Of a stretch of 32,000 bases of DNA, positions 31,904 through 32,000 are shown piece by piece. Under the pieces are notes generated by a model. That model saw only the letters and a program-made list of their open reading frames with translations, ran no database searches and had not been told where the DNA came from. The stretch is from Candidatus Saccharimonadota bacterium (GTDB taxonomy: Bacteria; Pseudomonadota; Alphaproteobacteria; Rickettsiales; Anaplasmataceae), in the NCBI RefSeq assembly GCF_013365495.1, contig NZ_CP046580.1:360001-392000 (forward strand), written 5' to 3'. Both the position numbers and the translations under genes were made by a program. How positions within the stretch are numbered: position 1 is the stretch's first letter; each line of letters begins with the position of its first letter.

Positions 31904-32000
31904 TATTTCAGAATAAAACCAATGTAATATTGGTTACTGTATAGGTTTATTTTATACAAAGCCCTTTTAGTGATACAGAAAATAGTAATATATTTTACAC

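Overview
This is an AT-rich chromosomal window with 24 recognisable housekeeping protein genes, one tRNA and one gene remnant. Summing my feature lengths gives about 81% coding.

Likely source: the gene content includes a two-receiver PleD diguanylate cyclase, a ~1,600-aa NAD-glutamate dehydrogenase, petB-petC, bolA plus a monothiol glutaredoxin, folB-folKP-folA and a short malic enzyme. Together with kilobase-scale ORF-free, C-depleted spacers, this points to an obligate intracellular alphaproteobacterium of the Anaplasmataceae, most like Ehrlichia. That is inference from memory, not a database search.

Gene order: tkt(-), rpsD, tRNA-Leu(UAA), iscX, [1.0 kb spacer], rpmB-lipA, clpB-gdh-tatB-pleD, [0.9 kb spacer], surE(-), ligA, CADD/PqqC-like remnant, folB-folKP-folA, uvrB(-), petC/petB(-), grxD/bolA(-), maeB(-), pgsA, [0.7 kb spacer], bamD, yebC, [at least 1.3 kb spacer to the window end].

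I found no mobile element, CRISPR array, phage gene, toxin-antitoxin pair or recognisable defence or secretion island. I do not think the window hides a novel multi-gene system.

Worth a second look:
- The PleD first receiver domain has Gly at the phospho-acceptor position (codon 53) and Asn at the conserved Thr position (codon 83). GGEEF and the I-site are intact.
- A 51-codon stump of a CADD/PqqC-like (chlamydial-type pABA synthase family) gene sits directly upstream of an intact folB-folKP-folA cluster.
- Four long ORF-free spacers show strong G>C asymmetry. One contains a perfect Shine-Dalgarno plus a 33-codon ORF and a cluster of short repeats.
- A near-consensus petB promoter is overlapped by an 18-bp perfect palindrome.

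Hand-counted coordinates may be off by +/-1. CDS coordinates follow the supplied ORF track.
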